A stretch of 35,624 bases of DNA from an uncultured Actinomycetes bacterium. Lineage in GTDB: Bacteria; Actinomycetota; Thermoleophilia; RBG-16-64-13. Position numbers and translations under genes: made by a program. The notes beneath the pieces are model-generated. The model had not been told where the DNA came from. It searched no databases and saw only the letters and a program-made list of their open reading frames with translations. The stretch covers positions 1 to 35,624 of the forward strand of contig CAVPLM010000029.1 of NCBI GenBank assembly GCA_963706025.1, read 5' to 3'. Numbering within the stretch: the first letter of the stretch is position 1; every line of letters begins with the position of its first letter. This document shows, in pieces, positions 18,439 through 27,966 of this stretch.

Positions 18439-20074
18439 CTAGCGCTGGGTCTGAGCCTCTACGAGGGTTCCTCCGTAGTACTTCTCGCGAAGCTTCGGCT
18501 TGTCGATCTTGCCGGTCGCATTGCGGGGAACGGCGTCGAATATGATCTTGCGGGGACGCTTGTACCGAGGCAGCGACGAGCAGAACTCCAGGATCTCCGC
18601 CTCCGTGCATGCGTGACCCCGCTTGAGCTGGATGATGGCCGCGGCTATCTCCCCGAGACGCTCGTCCGGTAGGCCGATGACCGCCACATCCTTGATCGCG
18701 TGGTGCCCGTGGAGGAAGTCCTCTACCTGCACCGGGTAGATGTTCTCGCCGCCGGTGATGATCACGTCCTTCTTGCGGTCGACCAGGTAGATGAAGCCCT
18801 CTTCGTCCGTCGCGCCATGTCGCCGGTGAGGAGCCAACCATCCTTCATCACCGCGGCGGTGGCTTCGGGATCGTTGTAGTAGCCCTTCATGACCCCCGGG
18901 CCCTTGACCGCCAGCTCCCCGACTTCGCCCTGCGGGACCGGTTCGCCGGACTCGTCGACGATCTTTGTCTCCCACTCGAAGCCCGGCTTCCCGATGGCGC
19001 CCACCTTGTGGATGTTTTCGATCCCCAGGTGAACGCAGCCCGGGCCGACCGACTCAGTCAGACCGTAGTCCGTGTCGTAGTGATGGCCGGGAAAGTGCTC
19101 CTTCCAGCGGTGCACCAGGCTGGGCGGAACCGGCTGCGCGCCGATATGCATGAGCCTCCACTGCCCCAGCTCGTAGTCTCCGAGTCTCATGTCCCCCCGG
19201 TCGATGGCCTCAAGGATGTCCTGCGCCCAGGGAACGAGCAGCCAGACGATGGTGATCTCTTCGTCCGATATCGTTCTGAGGATCCACTCCGGCTTGACCC
19301 CGCGCAGCAGCACGCCCTTGCTGCCGGCCAGAGGCTGCCGAACCAGTGCATCTTGCCCCCGGTGTGATAGAGCGGTGCGATGCACAGGAAGTTGTCTTCT
19401 CGGGTCTGTCCGTGATGGCTCTGTTCGGTGACGCACGAGGACATGATGCCGCGATGATCGTGCAGTATCGCCTTGGGAAAGCCGGTGGTCCCCGACGAGA
19501 AGTACATGGCGGCATCATCGTCTTCGGAGATCTCGATCTGTGGGGCTTCGGCCGAGCATTCCGGAAGTCAGCTCGGCGTAGCTCTCCGCGAAAGTCGGGC
19601 AGTCAGTGCCTCACGAAGAACCGGGGCTCGACCTTCGGGATGCGGTCGACGATCGTCTCGATGCGCCCGATGAACTCGGGCCCGAACGCCAGCGCGCCGG
19701 CCTCCGAGAGCTTGAGACAGTACTCGATCTCCTCGGCCGTGTATCGGTAGTTGATCGGCACCGCGACGGCGCCGGTCTTGAGGATGCCGAAGTAGATCGG
19801 CAGCCACTCCAGACAGTTCATGATGCAGGATCGCGACCTTGTCTCCCTTGCCGATGCCCCGTCCCAGCAACAGGTTGGCGAAGCGGTTGGCGGCATCGTC
19901 GAATTGGCGCCATGTCATCTCTCTCCGGGAATGCTCGTGCGGATTGGTCTCCATGAGCTCGTATTCGCGCCACGTGACCTCGTGCTTCTCTCCTAGCTCG
20001 GGATTGACCTCGACAAGGCAGACCTCGTCTCCGTAGAGCCTTGCGTTGCGCGAAAGCAACTCGGTGATCAGCAT
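18439..20074 (-). pseudogene. Acyl-CoA synthetase (class I adenylate-forming enzyme), interrupted by about 5 single-base indels
   Basis: [60 protein letters not shown] distributed over several frames. Shifts near 19824, 19611, 19562, 19331, 18811. Probably intact in vivo. Confidence 0.88.
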
Positions 20075-20292
20075 CTGCTGTGCTCCCTGCGCTTCTCTGA
20101 CGACTGCATCGATTCCGCTGGCGCGGCGCAGCAGCTCTGATCGCCATGCCGGTGTTGAGGTTAGAGCATCATGGCCCCATAAGACAAACGGCGGTCGCAT
20201 CACCAGCTAGATGCGCTATGTTTGGTGAGAGATGGCCCGGACATCTTTTCCTACTCGGTCGCAAGTGCGCTGAATACCCGGAGATGTGTTCT

Positions 20293-21201
20293 ATGAATCT
20301 GCTACAGGCGATCGGCAACACGCCCCTGGTGGAGCTCGTCAATCTCACTGCCAATCCCAAGACGAGGATACTCTGCAAGCTTGAGGGCTGTAATCCGGGA
20401 GGATCGGTTAAGGATCGCCCCGCCCTCTACATGATCACGAGGGCCGAAGAACGCGGCGAGCTCACTAGGGACAAGACTATTCTGGAGCCGACTTCCGGCA
20501 ATACGGGCATTGCCTTAGCCATGATCGGCGCGGCCAAAGGGTATGAGGTGCAACTCTGCATGCCTGAGTGCGTTAGCACCGAGCGCCGCCTCATTCTGGA
20601 GGGCCTCGGATCCCATGTGGTCCCTACCCCGGCCAAGGAGAACATCGACGGCGCCATCCGCCAGGCGCATGCTCTCATGCAGGCTTCACCGGGCAAGTAC
20701 TACATGCCCAATCAGTACGACAACGAGGCGAACGTCCTTGCCCACTTCGAGACCACAGGCCCCGAGATCTATCGGCAGAGCAATGGGCAGGTCGACTACT
20801 TCGTGGCCGGCATGGGCACTACCGGGACCTTGATGGGTGCCGGAAGGTATCTGAAGTCTGTGAAGCCCTCTGTGAGGATCGTCGGTGTTGAGCCCGTCAT
20901 GGGCCACACTATCCAGGGGCTAAAGAACATGACCGAATCCATGGTGCCCGGTATCTACCAGCCGGAAGAGCTGGACCTGAAGGAAATGGTCGAAGATGGC
21001 GAGGCCTTCGAGACAACGAAACTCCTTGCCACCAAGGAAGGCCTCTTCGTCGGTACTTCGGCGGGCGCGGCTGTTGCCGTAGCCCTTCGCATAGCCAAGA
21101 TGATCGACCACGGGACCATCGTGGTAGTGCTCCCCGACCGGGGCGACCGCTATCTAAGCACCATGCAGTTCAGATCCATCTGCGCAAAGTGCCCACCGTG
21201 A
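20293..21201 (+). CDS. cysM: Cysteine synthase (O-acetylserine sulfhydrylase, CysM/CysK family)
   Basis: AIGNTPLV, NPGGSVKDR (PLP Lys), EPTSGNTG, NQYDN, GMGTTGT, IQGL, PDRGDRYLST. Alternative start at 20284. Confidence 0.9.
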   Translation: MNLLQAIGNTPLVELVNLTANPKTRILCKLEGCNPGGSVKDRPALYMITRAEERGELTRDKTILEPTSGNTGIALAMIGAAKGYEVQLCMPECVSTERRLILEGLGSHVVPTPAKENIDGAIRQAHALMQASPGKYYMPNQYDNEANVLAHFETTGPEIYRQSNGQVDYFVAGMGTTGTLMGAGRYLKSVKPSVRIVGVEPVMGHTIQGLKNMTESMVPGIYQPEELDLKEMVEDGEAFETTKLLATKEGLFVGTSAGAAVAVALRIAKMIDHGTIVVVLPDRGDRYLSTMQFRSICAKCPP

Positions 21202-21232
21202 TCGCAGCGAGCGAAGAGCTGATGCCGGCGCC

Positions 21233-21613
21233 CTACTTGTCGACCGGTTCCAGGTAGAAGTGCGTCCAGGCGATCTCGTCGCCGACCAAGCCGTGGATGA
21301 TCACCCCGGCCATATCGCCCGCAGAGCCGTCGGCCTGAGTGCCCTGCCAATACCACTCCGCCCAAACGATGTCTTTGTCGGCGGCAAAGCGCACAAGCGT
21401 GGCCTTGAAATCGGCCATCCCAGCCATGACCGGCGCCCAGTTGCGCCAGACCTGATCCCTGCCCCGGGTGCTTCGTGCCGGATGGGCGGGGTGCTCAATG
21501 ACGACATCCTCCCGAAAGCAGCCGACCAAGGCTTCGAGATCACGATCGTTGATCGCCTGTTCAAGCCGTCTGAGGATACTCTCTGCAGCGGGCTCCGCTT
21601 GCTCTTGAACCAC
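21233..21613 (-). CDS. SnoaL-like / NTF2 family protein
   Basis: AINDRDLEALVGCFRED, HPAHPARSTRGRDQVWRNW, VWAEW.W.GT..DG. SD AAAGGAG. Confidence 0.88.
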   Translation of the reverse strand: MVQEQAEPAAESILRRLEQAINDRDLEALVGCFREDVVIEHPAHPARSTRGRDQVWRNWAPVMAGMADFKATLVRFAADKDIVWAEWYWQGTQADGSAGDMAGVIIHGLVGDEIAWTHFYLEPVDK

Positions 21614-21801
21614 AGCACCACTCCTTTCTCGCCCCGCACCCTGGGCAGCGCAGAGGCATACTCGCTATCCCCAAGCGTCCCCTATTCTAGCGGGCCTCGA
21701 AACATCGGGTGGGGGCTGGTCGGTCGGTTCCGGGCGGACTGAAGAACCGACTGCGACCGTCGTTGTCCGTCGGGCCTGGCGACCTGGTTCTTCCGTCAGT
21801 C

Positions 21802-22074
21802 CTAGACCTCAGGTGCTGGGCTTCTCGCCTTCCTACCCTGATAGAGGTTGCGGTTGGTCCACTCCACTTGCCATTGCTCGCGCCGCCTATAGGGGCCGTC
21901 GAAGTAGTAGGTGCCCCCTTCCGCATCGACACAGGTGCCGGGACCTAAGCGGTCGGCGTGCTTCTTGGCGAGATCTAGGTAGGGGTGGCAGCCGATGGCC
22001 TCGCGCTCGCCTTCCAGATCGTCCGGGTCCTTGAGACGGGAGACGACGTAGCGCACCTCCTTCTTGCTCCTCAC
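21802..22074 (-). CDS. Hypothetical protein (90 aa)
   Basis: GTG 22074 preceded by AAGAGGGAG; MRSKKEVRYVVSRLKDPDDLEGEREAIGCHPYLDLAKKHADRLGPGTCVDAEGG...; GC3-rich codons. Confidence 0.6.
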   Translation of the reverse strand: MRSKKEVRYVVSRLKDPDDLEGEREAIGCHPYLDLAKKHADRLGPGTCVDAEGGTYYFDGPYRRREQWQVEWTNRNLYQGRKARSPAPEV

Positions 22075-22322
22075 TGGCGGTCTCCCTCTTCTTTCGTTCG
22101 AGTAGGTGGGACATCCCACCCTAGGAGTGATGTGATTCTTCCGGGTTCGTATCGACCCGGGATGGAAAGTGGCAGAAGACGGCTGGCTCGCGAAAGCACG
22201 GATGACATGCCTTCTGAGCAGCAACTTTATCACGCGCGTGCTTTTGCAGTGAGACGCACGGGGAAGGGGGTATTCTCGGCCCGCCACACTCCCTCGCTCC
22301 CGAAGTTGCGCGTTGGGCGTTG

Positions 22323-22331
22323 TGCTATACT
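22323..22331 (+). promoter_or_regulatory. Extended -10 promoter of the RRM gene
   Basis: TG-C-TATACT about 120 nt upstream of GTG 22453. Confidence 0.55.
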
Positions 22332-22452
22332 GCCGTCAAGCATTCGACAGGAATCTTCTCCAGGCGCAGCGCCGAGCTTCAGAACCTCCCGCCCAGTCTC
22401 CAGTCTTTCCCTCTCGTTTGTCGCAATGTAACTCCGTTCATGGAGGCTGCAA

Positions 22453-22779
22453 GTGGTAAATTCAGCAAAACTGTACGTGGGCAATCTCAGTTATGAGACC
22501 TCCGAAGCCAGCATCAGGACGGCTTTCGAAGCTCACGGCGAGGTGACCTCGGTCAATCTCATCACCGATCGCGATTCCGGACGCCCCAAAGGCTTCGGCT
22601 TTGTGGAGATGGGCTCGGCCGATGAAGCCCAGAAGGCCAAGGGCGCCCTGGACGGCACCCAGCTCGACGGTCGCGCCCTCAAGGTCGATGTGGCCAAAGA
22701 ACAGGTGCCCCGGGCCCCTCGTTCCGGCGGCGGCTACGGCGGCGGCGGCAGCAGCTACAACAGCGGCAACCGCTGGTAG
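22453..22779 (+). CDS. RNA recognition motif (RRM) RNA-binding protein with Gly-rich tail
   Basis: RNP2 LYVGNL, RNP1 KGFGFVEM, tail SGGGYGGGGSSYNSGNRW. SD GGAGG. Confidence 0.95.
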   Translation: MVNSAKLYVGNLSYETSEASIRTAFEAHGEVTSVNLITDRDSGRPKGFGFVEMGSADEAQKAKGALDGTQLDGRALKVDVAKEQVPRAPRSGGGYGGGGSSYNSGNRW

Positions 22780-23224
22780 GAGTCGCTTCACACGCGCACT
22801 GAAAACGCCGGCCTCGGCCCTTTCTGTGTGCCCCCTAGGGGGGGCGAGCGGTAGAGACTCAAGTGGCGCCCACCGGGACTCCCCTCGTTTATTCCTCCTC
22901 TCGAGGTACCTCTCATCGCAAAACCGCGACCGGACGGGATCGACGCCCTGGGTCCAGCTCTCGAGACTCTCGCGGCTGGGCAGCAGGTCTTTGTGAGGAG
23001 CGGGGCCTGCGGCTGAGGGTCGACACAGAGGCTCCATAGTACTATCCTGCGCGCGGCAACCCCGGGCTTTACCGCCGATGAGGGGAGTCGGGCGAGTCTG
23101 TTATCCTGCCCCCAGAATGCAATCGAAGGGACAGGCATGGATAGACGGATCGATCCGTACCGGGCAGGGATTCACGACAGCAGCCCGGGGATCTTGACGA
23201 GTTGCGCGCACCAAGAGCCACGGT

Positions 23225-24358
23225 ATGATCGAGTTCCTTGAAGGCAACGACGCGGTGGTTCGGGCGGCGGTCGATGCGGGCTGCCGGTTCTTCGCCGGCT
23301 ACCCGATCACCCCGGCCACCTCTATCCTCACCGGCCTGGCCCGGGAGCTCCCCAGAGTAGGCGGCGTAGCCGTTCAAGCCGAAGACGAGCTTGCCTCCAT
23401 CGGGATGTGCATCGGGGCGGCCATGGCCGGTCTCAAGGTCATGACCGCTACCTCGGGGCCCGGGATGAGCCTGTATTCCGAGAACATCGGGCTCGCCATC
23501 ATGGGCGAGACCCCGATCGTGATCGTGGATGTACAGCGCCAGGGTCCTGCTACCGGGTCTGCCACCCAAGGGGCCGACGGGGACATCCAATTCCTCCGCT
23601 GGGGCACGTCCGGGGGGCTGCCACTGTTCGTGCTGTCGCCCGAGAACGTGAAGGAATGCTATGTCCTCACCATCGAAGCCTTCAACCTTGCGGAGCGGTT
23701 CAGGACTCCGGTCATAGTGGCTTCCCAGAAGGAGATCGGCCTTCTCAGGGAGCGCATCGACCTGGAGGAAGTGCGGCGCGAGGCCCCACCGCTGGTGTCG
23801 CGGACCCTCGCCCCAGACGACCAGAGCTTCATCCCCCATGGGTTCCAGCGACCGGCCGACGTGCCTCTTTTCAGCCCGCTCGGGGGCCCGCACGTCGTGC
23901 GCTACACCACGAGCATGCACGACCAGGCCGGGTTCCTGACCAAGGACCCGCACATCATCGCCGAGATGATGGAGCACCTCCAACGGAAGATCATCGACTA
24001 TGCACCCCCCCTCGCCCGCTACGAGCTCGATCCCCAGGAAGGCGCCGATACCCTCATCGTGGCGTACGGCGTGACCGCTCGTTCCGCGCGGGAGGCGGCG
24101 GCCTTAGCCAGAAAGGCGGGGCGGCGGGTGAGCCTGCTGGTCCTCAAGACCCTCTACCCGGTCCCGGAGCACGCCATCGAGGAGGCCCTGGGGACGCTTT
24201 CCGCGGATGGACGGGTGCTGGTCCCGGAAATGAACCTGGGCCAATATGTGGAAGAAGTGCGGAAGCTGGCAGCCCCGCTGGCGGTGGTCCCGGTAAGCAA
24301 GATGAACACCGATCTTGTGACCCCGGCAGAGATACTCGAAGGAGGGGGGCTGCTATGA
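23225..24358 (+). CDS. korA: 2-oxoacid:ferredoxin oxidoreductase alpha subunit
   Basis: EGNDA, FAGYPITPAT, QAEDE, TATSGPG, QRQGPATG, PEMNLGQY. Confidence 0.88.
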   Translation: MIEFLEGNDAVVRAAVDAGCRFFAGYPITPATSILTGLARELPRVGGVAVQAEDELASIGMCIGAAMAGLKVMTATSGPGMSLYSENIGLAIMGETPIVIVDVQRQGPATGSATQGADGDIQFLRWGTSGGLPLFVLSPENVKECYVLTIEAFNLAERFRTPVIVASQKEIGLLRERIDLEEVRREAPPLVSRTLAPDDQSFIPHGFQRPADVPLFSPLGGPHVVRYTTSMHDQAGFLTKDPHIIAEMMEHLQRKIIDYAPPLARYELDPQEGADTLIVAYGVTARSAREAAALARKAGRRVSLLVLKTLYPVPEHAIEEALGTLSADGRVLVPEMNLGQYVEEVRKLAAPLAVVPVSKMNTDLVTPAEILEGGGLL

Positions 24359-25680
24359 CGGAAAGCGGGTATTTCCGCCCCGACACCCTGCCGACCACCT
24401 TCTGCCCCGGTTGCGGCCACGGCAAGATCGCCGGCTACCTGGACCGAGCCTTGCAGGCCCTGGGCTACGCCCCCGAGCAGGTGGTGCTGGTCACCGACAT
24501 CGGCTGCATCGGCATGGTGGACAAGAGCTTCAGCACGAACGCCTTTCACGGGCTGCACGGGCGGTCCATCACCTACGCTTCGGGCATCAAACTGGCCAAT
24601 CCCGCCCTGAAGGTCATCGTGCTGATGGGTGACGGGGGCATGGGGATCGGCGGCGGGCACCTGCTGGCGGCCGCCCGCCGCAATATCGGCATCACCGTCA
24701 TCGTCGCGAACAACTTCAACTACGGCATGACCGGGGGGCAGCAGTCGGTGACCACGCCCGTGGGCATGGTCACCTCCTCCACACCATGGGGGAACGTCGA
24801 GATGCCTCTGGACATCGTCGAGACCCTTCGCCCGGCCCGTCCCTCGTTCCTGGCCCGCACCAGCGTGGTGTCCGACGACGCGGCTGAAGTCGTGGCCGAA
24901 GCCGTGGCGACCGAGGGCTTCGCCCTGGTCGATATCTGGGATGTGTGTGTCGCCTACTTCGCCCGTCGCCACCCCCTGAACCGGGAGACCATGGCCCGGA
25001 TGATGGAGGAGCTGGAGATGCCGCCCGGGGTCGTGCGCCGGGAAGGCCGGCCCGAGTTCAGCGGGGCCTACCGGGAGCAGAGTCGCGACGCCCAGACCGC
25101 GAAGCCTGCCCCCGGGGTGGGATTGGACCCCATAGTCCGGAGCCCGCTCAAGGAGCGGCGCGGGATCCTCATCTGCGGATCGGCCGGTCTTAAGATCCGC
25201 TCGGCTGCGACCGTGCTGGGCGCCGGCGCCATATTGAGCGGGCTGCAGGCCACCCAGAAGGACGACTACCCGGTGACGGTGAGGACGGGCTATTCGGTGG
25301 CGGAGGTCATAGTGTCCCCCGATCCCATCCTCTATACGGGGGTCGACATCCCGGACATCGGCCTCATCCTCTCCCGGGACGGACTCAGCTACCTGGAGAG
25401 GAAGCTGGCCGGTTTCCCGCCCACAACCCGGTTGTTCGTCGAAGAGAAGCTGGGCACGGTGAGCACCAGCGCTCAGGTCACGTACCTTCCCTTCCAAGAG
25501 ACGGCCAAGAGCGTCCATCACCTGGCTCTGGCCGCCGTGGGTGTGGGCGCGGTCCTCGGCGCCGAGGATCTCTATCCCCCCGAAGCCTTCGTCGAGGCCT
25601 CGCGGCGCCTTCAGGATGAGAAAGCAGCCGCTACCAACGTGGAGGGACTGAGGCTGGGGCTGAAGCTGGTGGAGCCTTAA
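24355..25680 (+). CDS. korB: 2-oxoacid:ferredoxin oxidoreductase beta subunit fused to a C-terminal gamma-type domain
   Basis: FCPGCGHG, DIGC, HGLHGR, GDGG...NN TPP motif, YGMTGGQ.S.TTP; then ILICGSAG...ATQKDDYPVTVRTGYSVAEVIVS. ATG 24355 overlaps the alpha stop (ATGA). Confidence 0.85.
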   Translation: MTESGYFRPDTLPTTFCPGCGHGKIAGYLDRALQALGYAPEQVVLVTDIGCIGMVDKSFSTNAFHGLHGRSITYASGIKLANPALKVIVLMGDGGMGIGGGHLLAAARRNIGITVIVANNFNYGMTGGQQSVTTPVGMVTSSTPWGNVEMPLDIVETLRPARPSFLARTSVVSDDAAEVVAEAVATEGFALVDIWDVCVAYFARRHPLNRETMARMMEELEMPPGVVRREGRPEFSGAYREQSRDAQTAKPAPGVGLDPIVRSPLKERRGILICGSAGLKIRSAATVLGAGAILSGLQATQKDDYPVTVRTGYSVAEVIVSPDPILYTGVDIPDIGLILSRDGLSYLERKLAGFPPTTRLFVEEKLGTVSTSAQVTYLPFQETAKSVHHLALAAVGVGAVLGAEDLYPPEAFVEASRRLQDEKAAATNVEGLRLGLKLVEP

Positions 25681-25699
25681 GAACGAGCTCCAAGGGCGC

Positions 25700-25713
25700 A
25701 GCCGGAGATCCGG
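25700..25713. terminator. Short hairpin between convergent genes
   Basis: GCCGGA-GA-TCCGGC in the 39-nt gap; no U-tract. Confidence 0.3.
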
Positions 25714-25719
25714 CACGCT

Positions 25720-26607
25720 TCAGCGCGCGGACCCGATCACGCCCAAGGCGAGGATCGCGTCGGGGAGCTCCCAGAGATAGTCGACCAGGTGGACTCCCGC
25801 TGCGGAAAGAGCCGCCTCTTTGCTCGCGATGGTGCCCTTGCCCCCGGAGATCATGGCGCCGGCATGTCCCATGCGCTTACCAACGGGGGCATGTCTACCC
25901 ACGAGTAGGCCCACGATCGGTTTCCGGATCTCGCCGGCGATGACCTCGGCAGCCTTCTCCTCGGCGTCGCCCCCTATCTCACCCACGAGGACGATCACCC
26001 GAGTGGCCTCGTCTCGCTCGGCCAGGCGCAGGTAGTCGGCGAAATCACGGCCGATGACCCGGTCGCCACCGATGCCGACGCATACCGACTGGCCGAGTCC
26101 GGCATCGGACAAGACCTTGGTGATCTCAAAGGTGAGGGTCCCACTTCGACTGATCACGGCAATGTCGCCGACCGAGGTCGAGCTGGGAGGGATCATGCCC
26201 AGGCTGGTCTCGCCCGGGACCAAGATGCCGGGACAGTTGGGCCCGATGAGCCACACGTCGCGCTTCCGGGCAAGATCACACGCGTACATCTCGTCGTAGA
26301 GCGGCACGCCTTCTGTGATCACCGCGATCAGCGGAATGCCCGCCTCCACCGCCTCCTCTATCGCCGACCTCGCAAAGCGGGCCGGAACGTAGACGACGCC
26401 GGCATCGATGGGGCCGGCTCCGGCTATCGCATCGGCCACAGTGTCGAAGACCGGCACGCCCTCGGCCGTCTCGCCGGCTTTGCCGGGGGTCACACCTGCA
26501 ACGATCTGCGTGCCGTAATCCAGCATGAGGCGTGTCTGCGTCCTCCCGAAGTTGCCGGTGATCCCTTGAACGAGCACCCGGGTGGTGTGGTCACACAAGA
26601 AACCCAT
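25720..26607 (-). CDS. sucD: Succinate-CoA ligase-like alpha subunit
   Basis: VQGITG, GVTPGK, ITEGVP, IGPNCPG, SRSGTLT, GIGGD, GEIGG, KRMGHAGA (phospho-His). Confidence 0.93.
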   Translation of the reverse strand: MGFLCDHTTRVLVQGITGNFGRTQTRLMLDYGTQIVAGVTPGKAGETAEGVPVFDTVADAIAGAGPIDAGVVYVPARFARSAIEEAVEAGIPLIAVITEGVPLYDEMYACDLARKRDVWLIGPNCPGILVPGETSLGMIPPSSTSVGDIAVISRSGTLTFEITKVLSDAGLGQSVCVGIGGDRVIGRDFADYLRLAERDEATRVIVLVGEIGGDAEEKAAEVIAGEIRKPIVGLLVGRHAPVGKRMGHAGAMISGGKGTIASKEAALSAAGVHLVDYLWELPDAILALGVIGSAR

Positions 26608-26610
26608 GGC

Positions 26611-27771
26611 TCACCGCCTCCTCTGTGAAGCTACGGCCAACTCGACCGCGGTCTTGATGTCGGGAGCCACCCGTATGCCCGCTTCTTCCAGCAGGCGGGC
26701 GCCTTCTTCGGCCCCGGTGCCGTGGACGACTGCGATCGTGCCTACCGGATCGTCAGGGATCTCCTCCACGGCTCGTATGATGCCACGAGCCGCCTCCCGG
26801 GCCCGGGTGATCGCGAGACTCAGCATCAGCAGATGGGCGCGGACCTTGGGATCACGCAGGCCTCGGTCCTGGAGGATGCGCATCCCTTGGTATGCCTTCT
26901 CCGTGCTGGCTCCGCCCCCCGTATCGAGGAAGTTGGCAGGACTGGACCCGAGTCGACCGACCGCATCGAGCAGAGACATGTTCAGGCCTGCTCCATTGGC
27001 CATCAGGCATATCTCCCCGTCCAAGTCCACGAAGTTCAGTGAGGCCGCCTTGGCCCGGGCTTCCAATTCACCCAGGGGGGGACGTTCGACCAAGACCAGA
27101 TCCTGCTGCCGGAACAGGGCATCGTCGTCGATGGTCACCTTGGCGTCGGCTGCAACGAGCCCCCCGGCGGTGGCTATCAACGGGTTGATCTCGATGAGCT
27201 CCAGGTCGTTCTCAAGGGCGGTCTTGAGCAGGTTCGCGAGAAGTGCGCCGATCTCGGCCAGCATGGGTTTGCCCAGCCGGCCGGCGTATTCGACCGCGAG
27301 TCGAGCCTCCAGACGGGCTGTGACCCACTCGGGCGTCACGTTCGCGAGTTGGTCGACCGCCACCGGCATGCGTAGGAGCTGCTCACTGTTGGCCTCCACG
27401 TCCATCCCTCCAAACGGGGAGAAGAGGAGCACGGGCGAGCCGGCCGACATATCGAAGACCACCGAGACGTACATCTCCCGACCTGCCGGTACCCGCTCCT
27501 CCACCAGAAGACCGACCGGGGGTTCGCCCTGGATGACGAGTGCTCGGATGCGGGCGGCCTCCGTCTCGAGCTGCCCGGCGGTCTCTACGACGGCGACCCC
27601 GCCGGCCTTTCCCCGTCCCCCGCTCAGGACCTGGCTCTTCACCACGCAGGGATACCCGATGGTGTCCCCAGCGGCCCGCGCTTCGTCAGAATCGCCGGCG
27701 AAGATTCCTCGTGGGGTGGCCACGCCTGCCCGCTTCAGGAGAGCTTTTCCCTCGAACTCGTAGAGATTCAT
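26611..27771 (-). CDS. sucC: Succinate-CoA ligase-like beta subunit (ATP-grasp), divergent substrate loop
   Basis: MNLYEFEGK, VKSQVLSGGRGKAGGV, EINPL, ADAKVTIDDDALFRQ, NGAGL, PANFLDTGGGA. The usual NIFGGI is replaced by MLSLAI. Confidence 0.85.
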   Translation of the reverse strand: MNLYEFEGKALLKRAGVATPRGIFAGDSDEARAAGDTIGYPCVVKSQVLSGGRGKAGGVAVVETAGQLETEAARIRALVIQGEPPVGLLVEERVPAGREMYVSVVFDMSAGSPVLLFSPFGGMDVEANSEQLLRMPVAVDQLANVTPEWVTARLEARLAVEYAGRLGKPMLAEIGALLANLLKTALENDLELIEINPLIATAGGLVAADAKVTIDDDALFRQQDLVLVERPPLGELEARAKAASLNFVDLDGEICLMANGAGLNMSLLDAVGRLGSSPANFLDTGGGASTEKAYQGMRILQDRGLRDPKVRAHLLMLSLAITRAREAARGIIRAVEEIPDDPVGTIAVVHGTGAEEGARLLEEAGIRVAPDIKTAVELAVASQRRR

Positions 27772-27966
27772 GCAGTCTTCTCCGCTTTGACACGTTGGCT
27801 TACTGCCCCACTGCCACGTTCACGGGGCGTCGATGAGGCCTAGGATGGCATCCCGGACGATATCACAGCGGGAATGGCGGAACCGGGTATGCGCTAGAGT
27901 GGAAAGGGAAAGCACAGCTTCCTGGAAACGCAAGGTCCTGCCAACGAGCTCGAAAGGGAGATATGG

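Noticed and set aside
22981-23015. CAGG...GTGA...AGCGG as SRP RNA helix 8
   Set aside because: Spacing and the AGCAG motif do not fit, and there is no long flanking rod.
23407-24354. 316-aa N-terminal extension of the 757-aa ORF
   Set aside because: Out-of-frame overlap with korA; the real start is ATG 24355 with SD GGAGG and an ATGA overlap.
24154-27763. Long antisense ORFs 24154-25716 and 26582-27763
   Set aside because: Shadows of korB and sucC.
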